From: Felis catus
Lineage: Eukaryota
Direction of reading: 5' to 3'
Assembly (NCBI RefSeq): GCF_018350175.1
Contig: NC_058368.1
Location: 195,054,001 to 195,118,000, forward strand
Length of the DNA stretch: 64,000 nt
A program made the translations under genes and the position numbers. This document shows, one piece after another, positions 1 to 11,663 of this stretch. The notes under the pieces were generated by a model, which did no database searches, was not told where the DNA came from, and saw only the letters and a list, made by a program, of their open reading frames with translations. Within the stretch, counting starts at the first letter, position 1. Each line of letters opens with the position of its first letter.

Positions 1-37
1 GTTTTTATCATGGTTTGTATTCTGCAGCCATTTCCAG

Positions 38-629
38 TTTTTTTCTTCCAAGATTTAATTTAAATTCAAGTTAGTTAACATGTAGTATAGCATTAGTTTC
101 AGAAGTGTATTTTCATGATTCATCACTTACATAACACCCAGTACTCATCCCAACAAGTGCCCTCCTTAATGCCCATCACCCATTTAGACCATCCCCCACC
201 CACCTCCCTCCATCAATCCTCAGTTTGTTCTCTATAGTTAAAAGTCTCTTAGGGTTTGCTTCCCTCTGCTTTCATCTTATTTTTCCTTCCCCTATGTTCA
301 TCTGTTTTGTTTCTTAAATTTCACATTTGAACGAAATCATACGATATTTGTCTTTGACTGACTTATTTCACTCAGAATAAGGGAAAGAGCCAGGGTACGT
401 GGGTGGCTCAGCTGGTTAAGCTGCTTGTGGGGCCTGCACTGAGCGTGGAGCCTGCTTAGCATTCTCTCCCTCCCTCTCCCTCTGCCCTTCCCTTACTTGT
501 GTGGGCACACACACGCTCTCTCAAAAAATATATACAATAAACTTTTTCAAAATAAAATAAAAATTAAAAAAATTATGGAAAGAGCCCAAATGTCCATCGA
601 CTAATGAATGGATAAGGATGTGGTGTGTG

Positions 630-684
<55 letters not shown>

Positions 685-750
685 GAACATTATCAGCCAT
701 CAAAAGGAATGAAATCTTGCCATTTGCAAGGACATGGAAAGAATAGAGCA
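38..750 (-). mobile_element. Carnivore L1 3' end with an inverted 5' segment, interrupted by a Can-SINE (~393-572) and a (CA)n tract
   Basis: 38-379 is an L1 3'UTR on minus; ~380-750 is L1 ORF2-end sequence on plus; ggaaagagcc is duplicated around the SINE. Confidence 0.8.
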
Positions 751-769
751 TTGGTATATTTATTTTTAA

Positions 770-1816
770 AATAGTCTGGAAGTAAAAACAGACAAATAGA
801 TCCATAGAACAAAATAGCTAAGGAATATACCCACATATAAAGGGACAACTGGGATTTTTAACATAAATGCAGATAATTCGGTGGAAAAAGGATGCTCTGT
901 TCAACAAATGGTGGAAGAATTGCATATCCATACATTGGAAAAAATGAACCTCACTTCACGCACCACATTAAGGTTACTCGAAATGGTTTTATGTAAAATC
1001 TAGAACTATAAAATCTGCATGACCTTGGGTTGAGCAAAGATTCTAGTTACACTGAAAACATAATCTATATGAACACTGATACTGTAGATTCTGTAAAACT
1101 TTCTGCCCTGCAAGACACTTTTAAGAGAATGAAAACACGAGCTAGACTGGGGGATAAATATTTCAAAGCATATATCTGATAGGAAAACTTGTTATCTATA
1201 AGAATTCTCATAACCGAATAACAATCCCATAAAATATGAGCAAAAGATATGAAAAAACACTCCACCAAAGAAATTATTTGAATGCCAAATGAGCCCATGA
1301 AAAATGCTAAACATCCTTAGTAATCAAAGAAATGCAAATTAAAACCACAGTAAGGTACCACTACACCTGTCAGAACGACCAAAATAAATGCTGACCGAGG
1401 TTGGCCAGGATATACAGAAACTCTCAGGATATACTCAAAATTCTGCTGGTGGGAGCGTCAAGTGGTGCAACCACTTAAGAAAAGTTAGCCAGTTTCTTAG
1501 AAAGCTTTATTTGTAACACCCTAAAGCTGAAAACCAACCAAACATCCATCAACAGGTGAATGGATAACATTTCGGTGTATTTACAGAATATAACTTTTTT
1601 CACAAGCACATATTGTATGATACAGCTTACATAAAAATTCTAGAAAACATAGGGGGCACCTGGGGGGGCTCAGTTGGTAAAGCTTCCATCTCTTTGATTT
1701 CAGCTCAGGTCATGATCTACAGTTCATGGTATGGAGCTCCATGCCTGCTTGGGATTCTCTCTCCCCCTCTCCTTGCCCCTCCACCCCCAAGCTCTCTCTA
1801 AATAAGGAAAGAGAGA

Positions 1817-1876
<60 letters not shown>

Positions 1877-3490
1877 AAAGAAAGAAAGAAAGAAAAAACA
1901 AGGAGTCCTACTTAAAAAAGTGATGCAAATTGTTAACTGTCAATTCTAAGTACTAGGACGTTTAAGTCGTCTTTTTGCCCTATCTTAATAATTTATCAAA
2001 AACACTAAGAAAAAAAAACACCAAGGGTTTGTGTGCACTAATATGAATATATATTAAATTATCATAAATTTTGTAGCAAGGTTATGCTATGTATTCAAAC
2101 ATTTGAAATTAAGGCAGTAAGAGAAACCAAAATGTTTTCCCAAAACCAGAGAAACTTTAATACAAAAGCCACTGTCTGTACTCATAGCAAGAGCAGTATC
2201 ACCATCACGGGATCTACTGTTCAATCTGTTTTCTAAACTCTACACGTTTACCACCTGCACCTCCCTTTAATTCTTCCTGATAGTTCCTTGGAGAAATGGT
2301 TGACTTTAGGGCTGGGAAAGGCAAAATACAAGGTGAGCCTGAACTACCCGGTAAATAAAGAAAATGCTTTAAGGGGTGGCTCAGTCAGTTAAGCATCCGA
2401 CTTCGGCTCAGGTGATGATCTCTCGGTTCGTGAGTTCGAGCCCCTCTCGGGGCTCTGTGCTGACAGCTCAGAGCCTGGAGCCTGCTTCAGATTCTGTGTC
2501 TCCCTCTCTCTGCCCCTCCCCAGCTTGAGCTCTGTCTCTCCCTCTCTCAAAAACAATTAAATTTTTTTTTTAAAAAATGAAAGTGTTTAAAAAAAAAAAC
2601 CTCAGGGCAATGTTAAAAGGACACAAGAGCCAAAACTGCACCAATTTGAGCAGTGAGTAAAAAAGCAAAAATAACTTAGATAACATTGGATTACAAACCA
2701 AAGAATAAAATATCCATGGCTCCACAGTAACAAAAATAAATGCCTAAATAAAAAAATTTAATGAGTAAGAAAATAAAGTCAATAAAAAAATAAAGGGGGA
2801 AGGAGACAAAGCTGCCTTACAGAAGAATTTCAAACAGAGGGAACAAAGGAAATAAAGAATCACCATTACACTAAGATAATAGCCACAAGCAAGATCCAGT
2901 AATAAATGCTATAAGGAACCTTTAAAGAAACATATTAACATATGCTAAGAAACATAGAAACAAATTAACATATGCTTAAGAAACCTTTAAGAAACATAGC
3001 TAACATATATTAGCATAAATTTGAAGTGTCTCCCCCCCCCAAATATTTAGTAATTACAATAATAGCTTTAATACATAGCTAATTTATGTCCACAAATTCT
3101 GATTCTCCTCTTCCTTGGGGACTGGTTTTTAACAAAGAAAACAAGGGGAAAAATCCTAACCTGGTAGACACCACTTAATCGACCAAGGTTAAATTCAACC
3201 AGTACATTATGTACCCCTTGATGTGATAAGGTTAAGTCACCTCTGTATTCTTCCCCCAAATCCATAACCTCAGTCTACCTATAACACCAAGTGTACCCAA
3301 ATTTAGATCAAGTGTCAAGGTCATAAAAGACAAAGAAAGAAAAGAAACTGTGACAGATCAGAGAGAGAGACTCAAGAGACTGCAATGTGTTATCTCAGAT
3401 TGGATCCTGGAACAGATAAAGGACGTTAGTGGAAAAACTAAGGAAATCTAAGGGCAATCATTTCGTTAATAATATTTTATTAAACATCAA
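770..3490 (+). mobile_element. Old, degraded L1M fragments with embedded Can-SINEs (~1652-1900, ~2372-2600)
   Basis: L1 ORF2-like stretches (tcaacaaatggtg, gaaatgcaaattaaaaccac) and 3'UTR-like sequence; SINE A/B-box heads with (CT)n or (GA)n tracts and A tails. Confidence 0.6.
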
Positions 3491-5885
3491 TTTCTAGCTA
3501 TCTCAAACTCAAGTTTTCTCAAAAGAAAAAAACTTCAAAAGGAACTGAAAAAAACTAACAATTTACTAGCTTTTCTTGGTTTTTTAACATCCATCCATTC
3601 CCCACTCCAAAGTTAAAAGCTAATCTGCTGGACTTATAATTGGGCAACAGTCTACGTTCTTTCTCAGTGAGGTGAAAAAACACTTTATGGTTAATACTAC
3701 TGCCTCATCTATGAAATTCCTGAAAACATGAATTTCCCATCCTTTAGATTTCACAAATCACAGAGCAGGCTCAGAGAGTCCATGAACACAGGGTATACTT
3801 GAGTCACAGCCTTAAAAAGCCTGGAAAGGTTTTGGACTCCAGATTCTGAATCCTACAAACTTTTTTGAATAAGGAAATAGCTACACTCTACAGTTCACTG
3901 CTAGACATATAAGCTTTACGAAACAGACAACTTTTTGGGTTTCAGAGCCTCAATTCCCTTTGTAAGTAAAAACATAGGACTACTAAGACACATAAAAGCA
4001 CTTTTAGAATATATAAAGGGCTATACAAATACACAATGATGCTGTTAAGTAGCCATTTAACATCCCCAGAGTTGCAGTGTGCCCCATCTAGGAAGCCACT
4101 TTCTCTGAGCCATCTCTAGCATTTACTTTTTTAAATACCTGAAACACAACAAGCTGAGCAGCTGAACAATAGTACAACATGACAAACTGCCAGAGGATGA
4201 AAGGGGAAATCAATTCATCTAAAGACACTAAGGCCACAATCTGTGAGAAAAATGTTTTAATTACTTTGTTTTATAAAGGCCATTCTTCATGTGCAGATTA
4301 TTCCTGGCTCTTCACCATTATCACCTGGCTTGCAATTCAGCTTTCCCCACCCAGGCCAAACAGGGTGTCCAAGGATACTTAAAAAAAAATAAACAGGTGA
4401 GTTTTCAGATTTGAAAAACATAATAAACCTAGTTAACCACCAGTGTGATCAGCAACTACAAGTGAGATTACAGTTGCTGAATCTAAATTTAACTCCATGG
4501 CTGGAAGGGCAGTGTTGCAACTAAAGGTTTTTCCTACTAGCTATGAACTGACTAGCCAGGGGAGGGGGGGAAGCAGTTTTTAAACCTACTTACTCTGACA
4601 ATTCTCTTTGCAAAAGAACACACAATGCATGTGTGAATTCTGAAATATCATTAAAAAAAAAAAACCAATCTAATTACAAAATGTTGAACGATCAAGGAGG
4701 TAATTAAACTGGCAAAAAGAAAAAATTGGTTTTGGTCACAAATTCAGGCTTTATATTAAATTTCATCTTTTAACATTGCCCCAACCATCCTAAGAACCAC
4801 ATACAATTCATAAACCTATAAAAATTTAAGTTTAAGGCATGAACCTATAAAAATTTAAAACTAACCTCTACCCTTTACTTTCTATGCTAAGTACTAAAAG
4901 AACAAAATAATAATGTAAATTACAAGGAAAGAAGAAAGAAAAAAGAAAAAACGACCGCAAGTAGGTCAGCAACAAACATTACCAAATCTTCTGATGCACC
5001 CTTAGCAGACTGTCAGCTGAGAACAGCCAACTGAATGTGAGTTAAAGAACAAAGAAGTGCCTACTTTTCTATCAGTTAGAAGCACAAGAGCTTAGACACA
5101 CAGGATTTAATAACAAAAGTAACGTGACTTGGCTGGGAAGAAGGGAGGCTCACCAGCCTTGTATTATCACAATTTGCTTTGTTTGTTCCTAATAAACGCA
5201 CGCACAAGAGATCAACCAGGCTACCAATCTGTAAAATACCTCGGTTTTCATATTCCTGACCAACTGATAACCATTCGCCTGAGGCAAAGAACAGGTTAAG
5301 AAATACTTGAAAGAGAAACAAAAGTTTCTCTCAATGCATAAGGATATTTCATTCTGATACATTCTACTCCCAGCAGTGATAACCATCAGCTGGATTTAAA
5401 AAACTAACAGTTTCTATGTCATGTTTTAACATTTGAAACCTAATGCTAACTCAACAGGCAACCCCAACTAAATAAAGTTAACTAAAATGGCTACATGAGA
5501 AGGCCAGTTCTAAGTAAAACAATGTTACATTCTAAAGCAATCTGTTATTTATGGCAACATCAACAAAAAACTAGGCCATACAGTATTTTGATTTATCTAT
5601 TGCTACTTTCTGTTAACAAACATGCAAAGTACTGGGAAATGGAAACACTTACAAATATTGATTCTTTGTAGTTTTTTAATTTCCTAACAAGGATGTAAAT
5701 TATGTATTCCCTCCTGCTACAAAAAAATTCTTTAAAGACCAATCCTAAAAGCTCTGAAGGAAGGCTGAAAGCCATCCCAAGCAAAATTAATTCACAAGAG
5801 CTAGTCCCAAAACTTTTATTGTAGTTTTTTTTCTCTCAAGTAGAGATATTTGTGATGTCAAGTAATGATCTGAACCTACAACTAT

Positions 5886-6073
5886 ATTTTTTAAGTTTAG
5901 TTAGAGAGAAAGTGAGGACGAGCAGGGGAGGGGCAGAGAGGGAGAGAGAGAATCCCAAGCAGGCTCTGCACCGTCAGCGCAGAGAGGCCGAGGGGGAACT
6001 CCAACTCACCAACAGATCGTGACCTGAGCCCAAGTCCAGTCGGGCACTTAACCAACAGCCATCCAGGCGCCCC
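5886..6073 (-). mobile_element. Can-SINE
   Basis: Reverse complement of the ggggcgcctgg head at the right end; acctacaactat duplicated on both sides. Confidence 0.85.
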
Positions 6074-7691
6074 TGGACCTACAACTATTTTATTAAGCCA
6101 AGGAGCATACTGCCTTTCAAATATCGCAAACCTATACTCGTCTTTAAAGGTGTCTTCTGTATTTGCAGCATACAGACAGGAACCTAACAGGAAACGCTCA
6201 ACACATGAACTGAATGCAGAGAGGCTTTCATCCGCAGAAGATCCCGACTGCCAGGTCCCGACTGGCGTAAGGGCAAGACTTCCAACACCTCTCAATCACC
6301 CGTAATTCACCTAGCACAAGCTCCAGTGGTTAAATTTACGTTTTAACCGGGCACCATCCTTTCCGTCCCAACTTCGCATCTCAACCCACGCAGGCGGGCG
6401 AGATGTGAAACTCATCGCTCTGACTCGCATTTTCTCCAACTACAAAACGAGGAAGTTAAACGATCCTCCCGAAGGTCCTTCTCAAAAGCCTGCCCCGGTG
6501 AAGACAAGAAAAAGGTTTCAAGGTCTAGACCAATTTCGGAGCCTAACTGGCTGCTGGCGGGACTTTCCCACCACCAGTATCAAATCCGAGGAGGAACACC
6601 GTCCACGTTCATTCGCACGTATTCATTCGATTCTATCCTTTTTCCGGAAGCGTGGAGGGCGGCACGTCCCTCCGTGCGAATACACGTAGAAAGGAAAGCC
6701 CAAAGCCTCTCGTGTCCTTTGTCATAATCCCACTTCCAGCCCGCGTCTCCCTGAAGCCCACAAGTGGCTCCAGTACAAACGCCAATGCACTCTTCGCAGC
6801 AGTTGGCCTCGCCAGGCTGATGCTGCTGCCCCCAGGGACCAGGGCTCCGGGGACAGCGGCGCCCAGGAGCCGCGCAGGGCGCTGGCACAAGGACGAAAGG
6901 AGGCTGCGGGACTAGGAGTCAGACGGCCCGCGGGTTCCAACCAGCACCTGCCTCTTACCGTCTGTGTGCCTCTGAGCACGCCTCTCCACCGCGGGCCCAC
7001 CGAATCCACTGCCATAGGGCAAATCCCCGCACCTACCTCCTCGGATCCTCGTGGGAGCGCATGAGAGCCACACAAGTTGCTCAGCACAGCGCCTGGCACA
7101 CAGTGGGGGCTTAGAAAACACAAGGGTTATTATCTCCTCTCACTATCCATGCATTCGCTGCTCCCCCTTTAACTCCCTGCGAAGCCGAAGCGCTGCACTT
7201 CTGCTTCCCGAGTCGAAAAACCCTCATCGCGCTTTCGTGTCGCCCCGCCCCAAAATAAAAGCCTCCACGGGTCCGGGCCAAACTGGAGCCCCTCGCCAGG
7301 GGAGGGAAGGCTCTGCGGGCGCGCGGGAGGGAGGCGGCGGGCGGGAAAGGCCGGCGAGACCGCCGCGCGAGGCCCCAGGCCCCCGAGATCGCTCTGGAGC
7401 CCGGGCGGCGGCCGCGGCTCGCTCTCGCCCCGCGCGGCCGTTGGGCGTGGCACGCGCACGAGGCGGCCGCGGACACGGCCACGCGCGCCGACCGGTGGGA
7501 GCGCGGCGAAGAGGGGGCGGGGAAACTCCGCGCGCCCGTGCGCCCGCCTGCGGCCGTTTGGGGGGGGTGGTGTGCACGCCTCGCGCGGCCGCCGCCGCCG
7601 CCGCCGTCGCTCGGACTTCTCCTCCCTCTCACAACCGTCCCAGCTCGTCTTCGTCCCTGGGCCGCCCCGCCCCGCCCACACCCCAGAGTAC

Positions 7692-7775
7692 CTGCGCGGC
7701 TGAGCGGGAGAGGAACAAGCTTTGCTCCACAGCACGGCAGAAGGCAAAAACCCCTCACGCAACTGCGTCCGCACA
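7692..7775 (-). other. G3BP1: G3BP1 non-coding exon 1 (5'UTR); intron 1 extends past position 1
   Basis: Minus strand reads GCAGTTGCGTGAGGGGTTT...GTGCTGTGGAGCAAAGCTTGTTCCTCTCCCGCTCAGCCGCGCAG|gtactc, matching my recollection of the G3BP1 5'UTR. G3BP1 is the known head-to-head neighbour of ATOX1. TSS estimated from the TATA-like element; no G3BP1 coding exon seen in the window. Confidence 0.85.
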
Positions 7776-7796
7776 CACGCGTGCTCCGTCGCCGGT

Positions 7797-8232
7797 CTAT
7801 ATAACCGCGACTCAGCCTAACTTGTTGCGGCCAGGTCGAGCAGGCTTGTGACCAATCCCGACTGCGTCCTCCGGGCTCTTCGAGCAGCAATTGGGTACTG
7901 CCGCAGGATGAAGGCGTGGCTTTTGATTGGCTTAGACTCATGCCTATGAGACTGTGAGGATCTCGTTTCCCTAGCAACGGATTGGCATTGAGAGAGACCA
8001 ATTACTTAAAGGTACGTCAAAAAGCGGGCGGGGAGTTCTTTAACCGATACCCATAGTAGCCAATAAGTGCGTGGGGCCGCTCCCATTCGATAAAATGTGT
8101 TCCCCTGGGCGGAGATCGGTTTTCCATGCAGGAGCGGTTGCTCCACAAGGTGGGGCCCGTGTACTTTGGGGAAGTAAACCCCAAGCAACTAGGAGGTGGG
8201 CGCCAGGGAGGCCAAGGGAGCCCCTGGCCAAT
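7797..8232 (-). promoter_or_regulatory. G3BP1: G3BP1 core promoter: TATA-like element, CCAAT cluster, RFX X-box
   Basis: TTATATAG on the minus strand at 7804-7797; CCAAT/ATTGG at 7852, 7890, 7926, 7981, 7998, 8060, 8228; GTTTCCCTAGCAAC at 7965-7978. Confidence 0.75.
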
Positions 8233-11200
8233 CACAAAGCGAGAAGGCGCTGATTGACGCGGGGGTTGGACTGTGCCAAGGAGACCGAGCCCGAGGGCCT
8301 CCGTGCCCTCTGGGGAGATCCTGAGGCTCTTTCTGGCCCCAGCTTCCGTCCTCTTTCCTTTCTCTCCCCCACTTGTTGGGTCTGGCCCTGAGGCCCCTCT
8401 CCCGCCCCCTCTCCCGCCTGTTCTGCAGTTTGGTACTAGGGAAGCCAAGTGGTAAAGTTCCCGTTGTTTGGGTTTTTTCTTCTTATAGCAACTTTTTTAT
8501 TTCCATACGGCCGCCTAAGGGCACTTGCTGGCTCTCACCATTAGTCAGCACTATTGTTGGACCACAGTGAAGGGAACACCGAAGGGGAAAGTAGCGGCCG
8601 TCGCGTACCTAAGATCGTGTAAAAAGGTCGCCCGTGAAAACTGCTGCCGAGTTTAAGGACACAGATGTCCACCCTGCTGTTCGTGGCAAGTGCTGCGGCA
8701 GGCCAAGCCCCATGGCGGGCTCGTGGGAGTTCGCTGAGGTCTTCCCTCTCTCTTGCTGCCAAGGAACCGTAAAGTCTCCGCTCGGCTTGGTCCTTAGTGC
8801 AACATCCTGTGCGTCACCCCCATTGCCATTCAGTGTTCGAATTGCTGGGGGTGTGGGGGCCCCTTTCGTGTCGTTACTACTTTAAAAGGTAATTTGTCAA
8901 ACTCCTACACGGACCCCCCAAAGATTGCCCGAAGCACTTCAGGGGCTAAGTGGTGCTCCAGCCCGGTCCTGTCCACGTCCCTCGGTGTGTTATTGGGCCC
9001 TCTGTTGGTCACCATGAGCATTCTGTAAGGCCATACACAGACGCCTCGGTCAGTTCTCATTCCAGGCATGTGGTCTCCCGTTAAGTTTTGCAGAGAATTT
9101 GGTAAAGGAGCACCTGGAGCGTCTCCGTGGAGGGGACCGGCAGCAGCCTGCTGAGACCCGGGCGCGTCCCCTGTCGCTCCCTGAGCAGGGTCTGGCCCCA
9201 GACTGGAGACTCGCGGCCGCCCCAGGAGCCAAGTGAGAGCGTCCCTCTGCCCCCTCCAGGGCCCACTGCCGCATCGGCCTAGCTCATTCAGCATTTATGA
9301 GGTTCCTATTAAGGGCTGGGATCAGAGATGATCTGGATGCCGTCTCTGTTCTCCGTCACCCATCCAACAGACTGGGGCACTTTGCTGGCCCCGGAGCCCC
9401 CAACCAGGCATCTGGGACTAAGAAAGCTTCGGATGAAATTTAACCCAGAGAGAAAAGCTGCTAAAATTTTCTACAGTAAGGACACCCACCCACCTATTCC
9501 AACACCCCACCCATTCCATCCCACCCCCGCACCCCTCTGCCCGGATCGTGCCAGCTATGCTAAGGGTTTGGAGTTTATTCTGTTGGCAATGAAGAGCCCC
9601 TGGAAGAGTTCTTAAAGGGTGGACTAAGAGATTTGCCTTTTACAAATTGACTCTCCAAATTGAAATGCTAATGGAGCAGATTTGCAAAACTTTAAATTTA
9701 CAGATTGTAATTGAACCCAGATGGCCTATGATAACAGTCTTGGCTATTCTTAATCATGTTTGGAGGGAATTTTAAGTGAAACGGCTCTTTGTGTAAGGCT
9801 ATTTGGCAATCACTATTAAAATTGTGTATCACCCAAAACAATAATAGCACTTCTTGGTTGATAGCCACTTTTTTTTTTTTTTAACAAAGAAGCCTATACC
9901 ACGGTGTTCAACTGCAGCATTGTCAGCTTTGTTAAAATATTTAAAAACTAAAAATGTAATTGCTCATCAATTGGCAAAGTGATTAGTGATATGCACATAA
10001 TATAGAATACCATGCAGTAGTTTAAAAAGTAATGAGGTAGAATTACACAGATATGGATGGGTCTCCATTTGTTATTTGGACTGTTAATTGAAAAAAAAAA
10101 AGAAAAGAAAAATCAAGTTCAACGAACAAAGCAAAAAACAAAACTCCTGATTTCTGTATGTGAAAATCAGTATGTAAGTGCATAGGAAGGGTTCTAAATT
10201 TAAAACAATAGTTATTGCCCCTAGAGAATCTCCGAGCTTGGGAGCGATGAGGACAATGTATTATGTGAAAGTTTTACGAGACCGTATTTATGTACTGTGT
10301 TGTGTAACGGGAGGTAGGAAGGAAGGAAGAGGAAACGGATTACCAGAGGGTGAATGTAGACAAGAACCCTCAAGTGGCTGTTACTGTCTTCCAAAGGAGA
10401 AAGCAAGTTGGCACTCTCCTGTGCTAGCCTCCCCACTCAGATCATGAAACCCTCAGGCCCCAGGTGCTGGATACTTAGTAAATGTTCAGTGAATGATTTA
10501 CCACCAGTGAACTGTCCAGGCAGGGGAGTCGGAGGAGATTTCCCCCCAGGGGACTTAACAGGTTTAGTTACAACCGAGTAGAGGGATGGCTGGCATCCGG
10601 TGGGCAAAGGCCAGGGATTCACAGACGCAGAAGAGAGAGACCCCACCACCACCACCATGCCGCCACCACCATGTCCCTGCCATGACAAAGGACTTTCTGA
10701 CCAAAAAGTCAATAGTGCCAAGGCTGAGAGACCCTGATCTGGCTGAGTCAGCTAGGGGAGAGTCCCCAGCCTCCTGCTTCTCTTTCCACTGCCAAGCAAA
10801 AGCTGGATACCCCTCTTCTACACTACCTCACCCTTTCTTCCTGCCAACTGTCCCCAAAGCTATGAGAAACAGGGAAGGAAGAAACATGGGCAAAATCCCA
10901 GAAAACTCAGCCTGGTGGTGGTGGAGGAAGTTGGGGAACAGGAAATATTAGGAAAGGAATGATCCTAAGAATATCAAGTGGATCAGTTTTTCCCAAACAT
11001 AGCTAATCACTTATGAAGGGCAATTAAAAATACATGCCTGTGTGTATCTTTCACTGTTAAATTCTCACCTGCGAACAAAGCTCTAATGTAATAACATGGA
11101 TTGCAGCACTGCTCCTACTAGAAAGAGAGGAAACAACCCAAATCTAGAGCTGTATGGAACTGGTTAGATATAGTACTGCAGTACAATGCACTCTTACAGT

Positions 11201-11663
11201 GGACTGTCATGCAGCCATAGAGAAAATGAGGCAGATCTATGTGTACAGTCACAGAGCAATTTCCAAGAGATACCAGTAGATGGAGAAAGCAAAGTGCAGA
11301 AAATGGAAAGAGTAAAGAAGGGGAACCAAAGCCATGGGGCGATTATTTCTATTAAGGTATATTCTATTGCTCTAGTTATCTCTACACATATCTGGATGGT
11401 TTTGCTGTACATACACAAGTTATGTCTATGTCTGGAAGGAGTCATAAGAAACTATTAATGATTGTTAACGAGGTGAACTTGGGCCAGGGTGGGAGAACAG
11501 CTTAGTTTTCATTCATCCAAAGTACCCTTTGGAACTGACAATTTTTTAAACATGTACATGTATTATTTTTCAAAAGAAATTCAGTGTTAAGGATAGATTT
11601 TAATACATATACATTTTCCATAATACAAATATGGAAACTTTGATCTTTAAAACAGAGATTACT

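Larger units (their letters stand above)
6250..9300. promoter_or_regulatory. G3BP1: Large CpG island at the G3BP1 promoter
   Basis: About 3 kb of CpG-rich sequence; GC boxes; (GCC)6 near 7588-7605. Confidence 0.9.

Noticed and set aside
1..7691. G3BP1 coding exons
   Set aside because: No MVMEKPSP-encoding exon seen on the minus strand; this appears to be intron 1 only.
7051..8001. Long overlapping ORFs (266, 296 and 201 aa) in the G3BP1 CpG island
   Set aside because: Arg/Ala/Gly/Pro-rich, open in several frames on both strands, with no recognisable domain; expected from stop-codon scarcity in GC-rich DNA.
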